Shown: positions 21,259 to 32,399 of the stretch, one piece after another | Position numbering within the stretch: position 1 is the first letter of the stretch | How the letters are laid out: each line of letters starts with the position of its first letter | Assembly (NCBI GenBank): GCA_904063045.1 | Contig: CAJFCJ010000198.1 | Location: forward strand, 1 to 32,399 | DNA: 32,399 bases | DNA from: Dimorphilus gyrociliatus | Taxonomy: Eukaryota > Animalia > Annelida | Direction: 5' to 3' | Made by a program: the position numbers and the translations under genes | The notes under the pieces: generated by a model | What the model was told of the DNA's origin: nothing | Databases searched by the model: none | What the model saw: only the letters and a program-made list of their open reading frames with translations

Positions 21259-23200
21259 TTCAAGTGTAAAAACCAATGAAAGTTTATTTAACTAGAAAAA
21301 GTTTGCAATGGAATTATAGACTGCTATGAAGGAAGTTATGAATTGTTTTGTAATATTAAACTATTTCATCATAGATTGTGTAAAAAAATATTAAATTATG
21401 AATATATATGTGAAAACAATGGAGATTTTAACAACATAACTATAAATTCTAGTATAAGAAAAGTAACAATTTCTGGAAATTTAGACATAAATTATCATTT
21501 ATTAACATGTTCAAAGTTTCCAAATTTAATACTATTGAATTTGCATGGAAATAATTTAGATATTAAATCTTCAATGATTGGAAGCAAGAATTTCAAATTA
21601 AAAATGATACAATATATAGATATTTCTAAAAATCTTTTAAAAGAATATTTTGAATAAAGTAGGAAAAAGACTTTATTTTAATAGTCACCGAAACATATAT
21701 CTTGATGATATGATGCGACGGTGAAGACAATTCAGTTATTGATCGTATACCAAGGGGCCACCTGGTGGGAGTTTGTATGACGTTACGTTTTTAAAGGGTG
21801 TAATGGCCCTCTGTCGGCTATTACAAACGTTACTTAGCATAACTTATTTTACAGAATATATATAATAAAATATTTAGATAATAATTTAAGATATTTTAAA
21901 AAGTTAGAAATTTTAAAAATAGCAAATTATGATATTTTTGAAATTAGTTTGAAATCATTTGAATTTTTTATTAATTAAAAAAATTTACATTTAAATAACA
22001 CAAATTTTCCATTGGATGAACGTGATAGGATTGCGAAATATATAAAAAAAAATTGAAAGTATTGTGAGTAAAAGTTATGAATTGTGTTGCCTTGTATGGA
22101 AATATTTTAGTAGGAAAGTTCAATGTCTTCCAAATAAGTCATTATCCAACACTTGTTCAGATTTATTGATTTAAAAATTGATCAAATCCTTTTTTTGTAT
22201 TTTTGGAGCTCTTGATTTCATTGTTAAATTTCTTTCAATACTTCTTTCACTAATTGTAGTTTCAATGTCAAGGTTATTTAGGTTAATGTCAAATATAGCG
22301 GATTTTTTAACATCATTCTCTCAATTGCTATTGTTGATAATTTTTATAATAACAATTACATTGAAAATGATTCAAAATGGCGTCAGAGTGAATTCTGTCA
22401 ATTTTTAAGAACAAGTATGACTTTTTCTTTATTACTTTCAACAGAAAGCCTTTTATTAATAACAGGAGAAAGATATATTGCAATTTCATGTCCATTTTTG
22501 GTGTCTGGACTGAAAAAATACAAAAATATCTTGCTCTGTTCATATTCATTCAAGTACTTTTAACATTAATAATACCACTTTTGCTTTATACAGTAAATAA
22601 TCAACATCCGGTTTTCATATTAATTAGGACGGATCTAATTCTTTTCTCATTCCCATAGAATGTGCATTGAAAATCACCAATATGCTTTAATATTCATATT
22701 AGAAGTGAATTAGGATATGGCTGGATTTATTCATTTATCATCTTTAAATTAACAACCTTAGTAATTAGCATACTAATTTGCATATTATATGGAAATATTA
22801 TTTGTCATGAAAGTAAGTTCCTTTTAAAAAATGGTGAATAATGAAAAAACAAAATAAATCAAAAAGAAATTATTTAGGTCTGTTAATTGTTACAAATATT
22901 TGTTATTGGATTCCAATTTCAATATTAGGTATCGTTACAAATTGCAGTTTTATAATCTTATCTAAATATATTTTTAAGGTTTGGTTTTATTGGTTACTGA
23001 TGTTCAATGATGTCTATTCCATTATTGTTTCATTATTAATATCCATAAATAGCTTGTTAAATCCATTTTTGTATTTTCTTTCTTATCAGAAAGAATTCTC
23101 GGTAAAAAGAGAAGAAATGCAGAAAGGAAAAGGTTCATTGAAATTTTTTGCCTCAATTTTTTCACTCGGAAAATTTGTTAAAAAAATTTTTTTAAACTGA
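21259..23200 (+). pseudogene. Decayed LDLa-LRR-7TM receptor (GRL101/RXFP-like LGR)
   Basis: LDLa FKCKNQ*KFI*LEKVCNGIIDCYEGSYELFC; LRRs LILLNLHGNNL and IQYIDISKNLL; hinge YELCCL..CLPNKSLSNTCSDLL; WRQSEFC..TGERYIAISCPF (TM3); LIVTNICYWIPI (TM6); INSLLNPFLY (TM7). Multiple stops and frameshifts, plus an insertion at 21646-21836. Confidence 0.8.
21646..21836 (+). repeat. ~190-bp CpG-containing dispersed repeat inserted in the LGR pseudogene
   Basis: Aligns in inverted orientation with 31220-31412 (shared cores aaacatatatctt, gacggt.aagacaattcagtta, tggccctctg.cggctattac). Confidence 0.8.
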
Positions 23201-23510
23201 AAACACTTAATGATGCAGTTGATAAAATGTTCATTAAGTTTGAGTACAAAGCACAAAAATTACCAGTTTCCTTGAGAAAATATGACTTTACAAACTTCTT
23301 CTATTCACTCCTTAAGCAATAAATTTTTTTTAAAAACTCCAATGGATATTTCGTTATGGAAGACAATACTTTTTTATACAAAGAAAGTTTTTATTGAAAA
23401 AAAATACATTAAAGCAACAAAGGATATTCTAAAGGCAATTTCTTACTGCCATAGTAACAAATTCACGTCTGAAAACCAACTGACATCTGATAACATATGT
23501 TAAAATGTAA
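23110..23510 (+). pseudogene. Possible degenerate protein-kinase-like relic directly after the LGR TM7
   Basis: Across frames: GKGSL, GYFVME and DILKAISYCHSNK...DNI resemble kinase subdomains I, V and VIa-b in order. No HRD or DFG is seen. Confidence 0.3.
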
Positions 23511-24364
23511 AAATGTCAATTAAAATATTTAAAATTATACAAAATCTAAATTTTTAAACATAATGAGGTTTACAGATAGAATGCATCTTCCAAATCCCAA
23601 TAGGAAAAAAACAAATTTTTCATTGTCTCATAATGAAACTCTAATGAATTTCCAATATTTTCAAATAAAAAACATACCTTTTTTGATTAGTTTATTTTGA
23701 TTAGTTAAAAGAATGAAATTAGTAAAAAAAAATGTCAAAAATAGGTCCTGCACGAAAAATTTCGTCTTTGACTGTTTAGTATCAAATAGTTCTGTATCAA
23801 ATAAACTTTTAGACTATAGTCTCAGTAAACATTTAAAAATATTCATACGTGTAGAATAATGCCATAAAGTAGAATATTTAATTTAACACTTGCAAATTGT
23901 AAGTTTAAAATGTACAGTGGCTGTTTAATTGCAGTACCTACTTCAAATTCAACAGTACTTTTATTTCTTTTTATGCAAAATCAATAATAAGACTCCATGA
24001 TTTGCATGATTCCTTGCAAAATATCGTTTACTACAAACCTTTGTTAATATCGAAGATTACATTACAATCTTTAATCTCATTGCTCTAACTAATTTTACTA
24101 AAAACAGAACAGAAGAATAAGAGAAACTAATGTTGGCTTCCCTAGAAAATGATGGATTAGTAGTGTAATAATGAAATATTGGCAAAGTATTCAATAAATT
24201 TCCCCTTAAGAGTCTATTGGACTCTAGAAAAAAATATTCTTCGGATTCTATGCTTCCAGCTGTACTTTGAAATCTTTTTGGAATTTTTTTAATAAATAAA
24301 AATCTATTTATATTATAAAAACACAGGTTAAAATATCTGATTAATTAGAAGATCATCACTAGAG

Positions 24365-25321
24365 ATGGGATTGGCAAATATATATTTAACAGTTTTTTCA
24401 TGTTCTGTTCAAGTGTTTGGCTTTCTTTTGAATAGTAATTTAATTATAATAAATATGATGAATAAAGATTTATGGAAATTACATAATTTCGGAGTTACAG
24501 CCTTAACTGTTACAGATGTTCTCTACTCTTTAGCTTTCTTTTTCTTTATTCTTTTACATGATACAAAGTTAACTTATCACACCTGTTTAATTGCATTTGA
24601 GTTTATTTTTTTGATAACTTCAGTATCGTCATTTACACTGACTCTAATTACATTTGAAAAGTTTATGGCAGTTGTAAAACCATTAACATTTTATAAAATT
24701 TGGACAACGAAAAGAGCGTTTATCCTGTTTTCTTCAATATGGTTTATCAACGTTGTTATTTGTTCACTTCCAACTTTAGGTTGGAATAATTATGAAACTC
24801 TTTTGAAGGAGGTGAATACTTTTAAATGTAATTCTCTTAATGTTTTTCCTTTTTCATTTATTTTGTTTTGGTCATTCACAAGTGTTTTACCAAATGCTAT
24901 TGGCAGTTTACTATTATACATTCCAGTATTGAAAGCAGTAAGAAAACATAGAAAAGCAATTTCCGATGTATCTAGTGATAGGAATTTAGAATCTGAAGGC
25001 AGTAGTATTCGAGTTTTAACTAGTTTATTAATAATCAATTGTTTCTTTTGGCTTATACCAGCTATAATACCAACTGACAATTATTTCAGATTGCAAGGAA
25101 TATTAAATTTGTCAGATAATAAGTTTGAATTACTCACTGACTCACTCCTATCACTTATTATTTCCAATGCAACATTAAACGCCCTTGTTCATGGGTATAC
25201 AAAATCATCAATAAGGCGACAAACCAAAAGACTTTTTCTGAATATCTTAAAAAGGATTGTTTGTCAAAAAAATTTTAGAAATACAATTCTTGTTGTAAAT
25301 AGTGTAGAAACAGTAATTTGA
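24365..25321 (+). CDS. Intronless class A (rhodopsin-like) orphan GPCR, 318 aa
   Basis: Seven hydrophobic segments; TM2 LTVTD; TM3 Cys and ITFEKFMAVVKPL (DRY variant); TM4 W and LPTLGWN; TM6 CFFWLIP; TM7 NATLNALVHGY. Confidence 0.88.
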   Translation: MGLANIYLTVFSCSVQVFGFLLNSNLIIINMMNKDLWKLHNFGVTALTVTDVLYSLAFFFFILLHDTKLTYHTCLIAFEFIFLITSVSSFTLTLITFEKFMAVVKPLTFYKIWTTKRAFILFSSIWFINVVICSLPTLGWNNYETLLKEVNTFKCNSLNVFPFSFILFWSFTSVLPNAIGSLLLYIPVLKAVRKHRKAISDVSSDRNLESEGSSIRVLTSLLIINCFFWLIPAIIPTDNYFRLQGILNLSDNKFELLTDSLLSLIISNATLNALVHGYTKSSIRRQTKRLFLNILKRIVCQKNFRNTILVVNSVETVI

Positions 25322-25917
25322 TTTAGACTAATTAATTATTTCAGTATTTGTATAATAATATTAATTAAATATCGGATTATCTAGATATGAGTTCTTAGTA
25401 AAAATCAATACTTGTTCTATATCTATAAATGTTACTTTATGTATTTTATGGTGTAAAATGTAAAGGAACTCTATCAATTTTTATTGAACCTAGTAAATAA
25501 TACTGCATCTTTGTGATTCTATTTTGAATTTTTCCCAGTATAAATCTTTAGTTTGTAAAAAAAATCATCTGAATGTTCAGGAATATTTCTTTACCATAAA
25601 ACTAGAATGTGAGGTAATTTTTGGTCAAAATTAATAACCAAACCAACAGCTCCAGTACGATTCATTCCAATTAATCATCCTTTTAATAGTGATAAAATAT
25701 GACAAACTGAAATAAACTTTATAAGATTTTGTTTTTCGCTTATAGCACGAAATTCCTAAGAATTTCGTATAAATTTTATTTGATATTCTTTTGGTCTCTC
25801 ACACCGTTCTATTACATTCACTCAGTATTTTTCAATAGAACTAATAACTTTATATAAACATATTCGCAGTGAAAAAGTTTTTCATTCTCTCTCTCTCTGT
25901 TCACTCTAATTAGAGCT

Positions 25918-26300
25918 ATGAAATCTTTGATCGTGCTTATAATTTGTGTGAGTTTGATTGCAAATATGCAATCACTCGAGCACCAATCGAATGATGTTGC
26001 AGACAATTTGGTAATTAATTTATACTTTTTTATTCCTGGTAAATGTCAATATATGGAATTTTTTCTTCTTAAGGTAAGATCTTTAAAGGAACTCCTATCG
26101 ATGAAAGTAAATTATTAAAGAGAGAGTTGAACTTGTGGAATGCAAAGAAGAGTTTAAAGGACTTACTACTTAAGCGCCAGTTGGAAGTTAGTATAAAAAT
26201 TAAACAATTATTTTAAGGGATAATCTAATTATATTTTCAATTTTTAGTAGCTACTACTTGAGACAAAAACCTATCAAACACCATTGCAATGGGATAAATA
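25918..26300 (+). CDS. Candidate small secreted, prepropeptide-like multi-exon gene
   Basis: Signal-peptide-like MKSLIVLIICVSLIANMQS; GT donor at 26011; a downstream frame contains LLKR-ELNLWNA-KK-SLKDLLL-KR. The exon structure is ambiguous. Confidence 0.35.
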
Positions 26301-27649
26301 AAAGTGGATAGTTTAAAGTGCAAAGTAATTTCGAAATATTGTATTGTATTGATGTAGAAATTTTTTATGTTAACTTTTGCTGTAATATTTTTGAAATAAA
26401 TATTTTAATTTCATTTCCCTAAATTCAATTTCACTGCCATAATTGTAACTTAAATTGATATCTTCCAATGTTTCACATTTTTTGTAACAATAATTTAAAC
26501 ATTTGAATATAAATAGAGCACAAATAGAAAGGTTAATTCTAGAAAAATATTTCGAAGAAGTTATTTAATTATTTAATATTTTTCAAAACCCCTGTCCATA
26601 TGTAACATTTTGACTTAAATTGATATTTTTATTACATTTCCTTAATAGATCTTCAAAATATCTACCTTGATGCATTTCAAGATTATGTTTAGAGAGATCA
26701 ATTTTAAGAAGTGAACTTGATGCTGATGATTATAAACCATTATATATTCTTTCAAATTAATTTCCATATGTATAATTTCCTCTTAGGTAGATTTCATGCA
26801 ATGATGTACATCTTGAAGCTAAATAACTACATTATTTGTCAGTGAGATCGTAATCACAAAAATGTCTCATTTCCACTTAAATTAATTTTATTCAAACACT
26901 TACATTCTTTAAAAGAATATCCTAATATAAAACTATTCTCTTCATTTAATTTATAATAAACTAAACTCAATTTTAAAAAAAATTTGTTGAAAATTTAAAT
27001 AAATTTTTTAATGTTAAATTTTCCAAAATTTTAAAAGATCAATTTTTCTTTCGTATCATTTAGCAAGTAATTATGCGAAAGTTTAATAGCAGGGAAGATA
27101 GTTTGTAGAAGGGTGTCAAATTACTAAACTAGCGAATGTTTACGATGCACAATGCAATGAGTATATTAGAACCTTTGTCTATTGTTATGTTTTATAGATT
27201 TAAACTTATCTGGATAAATTATGACTAATTTTTGTATGCAAAAAAATTTATTTAATCAATCCAAAATGCTATGTTCCTCAATTAAATAACATTTACCAAG
27301 ATATATTTTAAAATCTAAAAAAAAATTTAATAAAAATTAAATAACATTTACCAAGATAGATTTTATACTATTGCATAGTCTCTGAAATTCTTTTCCACTC
27401 GCCATTTTTTATTTAAATTGATATCTTGTAAAGATGTTCATTCTTTAAGTAAATCTGTTGAAGATCGGTTCTTCTGCGATTAGGAAACAATATATTTCAC
27501 TGTTTGTAACCTTATCAAAGGTTGATGTATTCTGTTCGACTAATAATCAGTATCAATATAATCACGTGTTGATACACACACCTGAATGTGTATTATCTTC
27601 ATTTTATTTTTTTTGTATTAAATATATCAAGTACAACAATTTAGCTTTT

Positions 27650-28270
27650 AGTTAGTTTCCATACATCATGCATGTAAAACAACATTACGTCTACCAGCAT
27701 TTTCAATAATTATATATTTTGCATTGTAGTTATTAAAGTCAATATTTTTCATAACATTGTAAAAATTTATCTATCTGATTTCCGTGATAAGTCCACGAAG
27801 CATATTTAAAATATCCAATGGACATCTTAAAAAAATAGATAAAATGTGAATTGCTGTTATTAGTTTTGAATTACCAAATTTTTCCGTCATGTTGAACAAT
27901 TGTGAGAACATCAGCAAAATTAATCTTGCGTGCCCTATCCAAAAAACAACAATATTTGAGAAAAGGAGAATGAATTGTTATTGATGGTATCAACGTTAGA
28001 CTCCATATCCTATTGATTGGCGCATGTCTTCACTATCTTCAACCGTCCAACGTAATCTAAAGAACTTTAAGGATATTGTTCTAACTATTACCCCAAATGA
28101 TAAAATATCTCCTGTTTCAAATCTTAATTATATATTATTAGACGCCATCACATAACTAAAAATGCAATATTTTTTGTTGATCGGAACATCAAGGGAAGGT
28201 TATCCCTTGCTGTTTGCTAGCACAAAAATAATTTTGAAATGGCCTGACGAAAACGATAAAAGTTTTCACA
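27650..28270 (-). pseudogene. Cys-loop ligand-gated ion channel (nicotinic AChR-like) extracellular-domain relic
   Basis: In correct order on the minus strand: VRPFQN, RLRWT, PINRIW, TIVQHDGKIW, CPLDI, FKYASWTYHGNQID, RRNVVLHA*CME. Stops and frameshifts throughout. Confidence 0.6.
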
Positions 28271-31219
28271 ATCAAATCTTTTTATATTTTTCTTCTCTAC
28301 TTCTTTCTATTTAAATTTTTCGGTTTTTTTATTATCTTCTGCAAGAAAATGACAAAAGCGATTATAAATTGAAAAGATAAATAAAACGGATTCTATATAT
28401 TGTACAGAAGAGGGACTCGAAAAAAACATCCAAAAGTTTCTATTAATATAATGTTATGAATTTAAAATGGGTAGGACAAAGATTAAACTAAAGATTAGGA
28501 GACATGCGCAAATGAAAACAAAACCAATAGTTCCTTATTATTTTCATAGAATAGGGCATAGAATGGAACCCATTGTATCTGACTGCCTGTTACTACATAT
28601 GGGGTAGTTTTTAAACAATTTTTGATAGTTATTATGCACTACGTCATAGTAAATTCATTTACAAAAACTTCCATCATCACCAAACTCTGGCTCATCTGAA
28701 GGTTTATCATTGTGCTCACTAAGACCTTCTACAAATTGAATTTCATAATCAGCTACATTTTATAATTTTTCACCGAATTCACAATTATGCGCCTTGATCT
28801 GTTAGTCTTCTAGGAAATATTTAACCAATAAATTCGACTTAAACTTGATTAAATAATATATAATCATTTACCTTTTAAATCTTGCAAATTAAGTTAGCTC
28901 AAAATTATTTCGCAACTATGTTTTAACCTTTTAAAGTAAAAGTTAGATAACTTTTTCAATTTTAGGATAGCTGTCTTTTCACTGTTCACAATATCTTTAC
29001 ATACTTAATCCGTCGTTTATAGATAGCTAAACTTTTTTTTTATTCGAAAAACTTTAATTTGATTTGATATCTGAATCTATACTAAGAGTTACAGGGAATG
29101 AAAATATTGTGATAACGTCTAAACGTTATTAATTGGATTAACAAAGGAAATATGTAGACAGTGTGAAAACATGATTTTTAAAGTTTTTTTCCTTTGCCCA
29201 TTATATGTGTTTTCTGATAATTTCTGATGTTAATGATCAAGTGCAACAAATTCTACACTGATGTTTAAATTATCATATCTTTTAAAATACAACATCAATG
29301 ATCCTTTGATGATCTGGTTTGTTAGCCATCTTGTAGCAATTACCAACAATATAATGAAAACTGAATGCAATGCAAATTTTTATACTGTTACAATGATCCC
29401 AATATTCTTTAGCAGTTTATATTAAGATTGGAATTCTCTAAATTATTGCCTGTACAACCTCTAAAGTCATACTTTTGAAAATTATAAAACTTATCTGATG
29501 TTACAGCAAAACTTTTAGAAAAAACTCTTCTCTTAATAATAAAATACATACCAAAATGTCGTTCCTCTAGTAAATCAAGAATGAAAAATTTAAAATAAAT
29601 CATCATTTAAGATAACGTTTTTTAAAGCGTTACTATATATTATTATTTTTTTTTGATCTACTTTATTTTTAAAAAAAAATGGAAATTGAAAATTTCCAAC
29701 TCGATCTTATCTTCTCTATATCAAAAAAAGAGTTAAAATATTTTATTCTATAATTGCTCATTTAAGAAACAATATCAAATTTCACTGTAATTTATGAGAC
29801 TTAACAAACTTAGACATAAATACTTCATCAAATCATCAGGTGTTTTTGCAGCAATATGTAAAATTTCACGTTTTCGAATAAATTTCAAATTTCCTATGAC
29901 GATGAACAAGTTCTAAAAAAATTCAATACAGTGTATATGTGGACTGTTAACCCTGTTAATATCGTAAGGCAAAAAAGTATACATAAAGATAATTCAGAGC
30001 ATAAAAGGCATAACCTTGCGTCAAATAGTTTCCAAATGTACTAATTCCCCAAAAATTGTTTTATTTTATAAAACAATGCAAACTTCTCAGATGTGAGAAT
30101 GAAATGGTCTTTTTTGTTAAAATCGTCATTCACAATCTACCACATTTATGTAAAGATTTATATATAAAAAACCGAATTTAGAAACTTTACATTTAAATGA
30201 AAATCTTTCAAATACACGATTTTTCATTATTATATCAAAATTATACTTACATTGAGAGTTATGAAAAAATTTTCAAATACCAGCAAATCTATGACCTGCA
30301 ATGAGCCACTCATTATTCAAAAATAGTATCAGTTCTCTTTTTAGTGACTATTTTCCAATGCAAAATAAAGCTTTGAAACTTATATGATTCGTGAACCTTA
30401 TCTGTTGACGCCTAAAAATATGGTCAACCCAATGGAATTCAATTCGAAAAGCCGCACTTTGAGCGATCTTTCAAACCTGAGCTATGCAAAAAATAATTAT
30501 TATATTAATGATTATCTTAAAATTGTAATGTTCAGGTCACTCTTTCTCTTACTGTTGCAAATATCTTTATCCTATTTTGGAAATTCTTCTGTAATATCTG
30601 TATAAAACCATAGGAAGAAATAAAAAAAAGGAATTGTGTGAAGTTTATCAATATTTGTCATAGTGCAATTATTTGCTCTGATGTGAATGAACTTTTCAAT
30701 GCCCTGCTCATCGAGTTTAGTTAGAATCTTTGAAAATAGAAAAAATTCCCAGATTGTAATAAAAAGAAACAGGTTCTCTGCGGCGGAATTTGGAAACTAC
30801 AAAAAATTATGTTATTTTTTAGTCGAGTATAAATGCGTCTGTGAGGCATATTGCATTAATGTAGAGCAATTCTGTAATAGATTATGCAACATTGCTCATT
30901 TAGACGGTGACCATGAAATGAATTGTGTAATTGGCTTATATTTTTTAAGTATTGAAAACAAATGGTGTATCTCATTTTTGAGAAAACTTGCGATGAAATG
31001 TCAAGTGACGAATTATTTTGGAAAGAGCAAATTAATGAATTCCACAGTACTGTTGGCATAACAAATACTTTCTCGAATGTATATCAGTTACATGTACTAA
31101 ATTTTTAATTGTTAATATATGTATATTTAAATTTATAAATTAACTTGAATTGAACCAGAAACATTCTTAAAAAAAACAGACATAATAAAAATGCTAAAAG
31201 AATAAATTGTTGAATAAGA

Positions 31220-31412
31220 TAAATAACGTTAGTAATAGCCGTCAGAGGGCCAATGTATCTTTTAAACGTTACGTGCTAAGAATCCCGCTAGGCGGCCTTT
31301 TTGGCGTACGTGCAGTAACTGAATTGTCTTTACCGTCGTAATATATATCGTTAAGATATATGTTTCACGGTAACTTTTAAAATAAAGTTCTTTTCCTATT
31401 TTATTCAAAATA
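31220..31412 (-). repeat. Second copy of the ~190-bp dispersed repeat
   Basis: Inverted homolog of 21646-21836. Confidence 0.8.
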
Positions 31413-32399
31413 AATAATCTAAAGATTTTATAAATTTAAAAGAATTTTTTTGTTGAATAAAAGCCATTATTTTTGTAAACTTTCTTTTCTAAACTTGAAA
31501 AAATATCTTGAATTTGTTATTTTACATCACTTTTTTTTAAAAAAACGGACTATTGTAGAGCAGAAGCAGCAAACTTGTCAAGTGGCAATATTATTGTCAT
31601 TGCTTTAAGATTTATATCTGTAGGTTCCACAGAATTACAAATTATATTTTACTTTGAAACTAAAGTGCAATTATTATTCAAAAGATGAAACATCTCCTTG
31701 ATTACGTGTATTTTAGAAGTTGAAACAATGTAAAAAAGGTAAAAGGCAAAAGGTATTTGTATAATATAATAAAAATCTGAGAGGCAGGTTAGGTTCGATC
31801 ACTAAAATTTATGTTCGACTTAAAACATTTAACAAAAGCCTAGAAACTGCAAACCTACTGAATTCTTAAAGCTACAATAGAAAAAAGTCTTATTACCTAT
31901 AATACCAGTTTTTTAGGAATAAACATACTAATAAAATATGAAAAATCGATGGTTCTATTAAAATTGTTCGATTTCATCAAAATTTTCAGAATTGTTATTT
32001 TTACAATTTGTTTTTTATCAATATTTCAACGACATTTTTGTTGATATCAAGTAGTATTAAATTTGCATTTTATCCTAATATTAAGAATTCTATTCGAAAC
32101 ACTTAACGTTTGTATCCTAAAGAATCTATCAGTAAATTAGTGTATTCATGCGAAATACGGGGGAAAAAACCGATTGATGTTGATTATCAATCATTTCAAT
32201 CGTATATGTTGTGTATTACTTACATTGAATTCTCTGAAAAAAATACATATCGTCATTGTTTTTGAATTTTTTTTCCAACATTAGATGGAATAAGGTAGAA
32301 AACGAAATTGGGTATGCTTTATGAATTGTTTTTCAAAATTACTATGTACATTCTTTTACAACATACAAAAAGTATTTTAAGTGAAAGGCATTCAGACTG

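Noticed and set aside
25747-25768. Perfect 9-bp hairpin ACGAAATTC-CTAA-GAATTTCGT
   Set aside because: Isolated, with no associated feature; plausible by chance in 32 kb of AT-rich DNA.
28660-29610. Scattered exon-like segments on the minus strand
   Set aside because: They could not be assembled into a coherent gene or assigned to a family by eye.
30687-31061. 124-aa Cys-rich ORF with a weak LDLa-like segment (CINVEQFC..DGDHEMNC)
   Set aside because: The Cys spacing does not fit LDLa well, there are no supporting neighbouring domains, and the opposite strand looks about equally protein-like.

Overview
AT-rich animal (invertebrate-like) genomic DNA: it has ~50-60 bp spliceosomal introns, GPCR genes and a Cys-loop receptor relic. 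Bases 1-19056 are a head-to-tail array of ~2.4 near-identical copies of a 6,685-bp mosaic unit, ending at an assembly gap (N at 19057). Each unit carries an intronless 401-aa bacterial-type GT4 glycosyltransferase (HGT candidate; two complete copies with identical proteins plus one partial copy), the 5' half of a PHD-FLYWCH Mutator-like (MULE) transposon, two Tc1-like fragments, an RNI/NLR-type LRR pseudogene and a ~210-bp inverted-repeat pair. One unit has been hit by a complete 2,853-bp MULE. It has a 9-bp TSD, tandem-repeat (Foldback-like) TIRs and a predicted intact 5-exon, 594-aa PHD-FLYWCH-DDE transposase, and the empty site is visible in the neighbouring copy. After the gap come a decayed DD35E Tc1-like element, a decayed LDLa-LRR-7TM (GRL101/RXFP-like) receptor followed by a kinase-like relic, an intact orphan class-A GPCR, a possible small secreted peptide gene, a nicotinic-receptor-like pseudogene and a ~190-bp dispersed repeat. 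All alignments and splice models were made by eye; no database searches were run.
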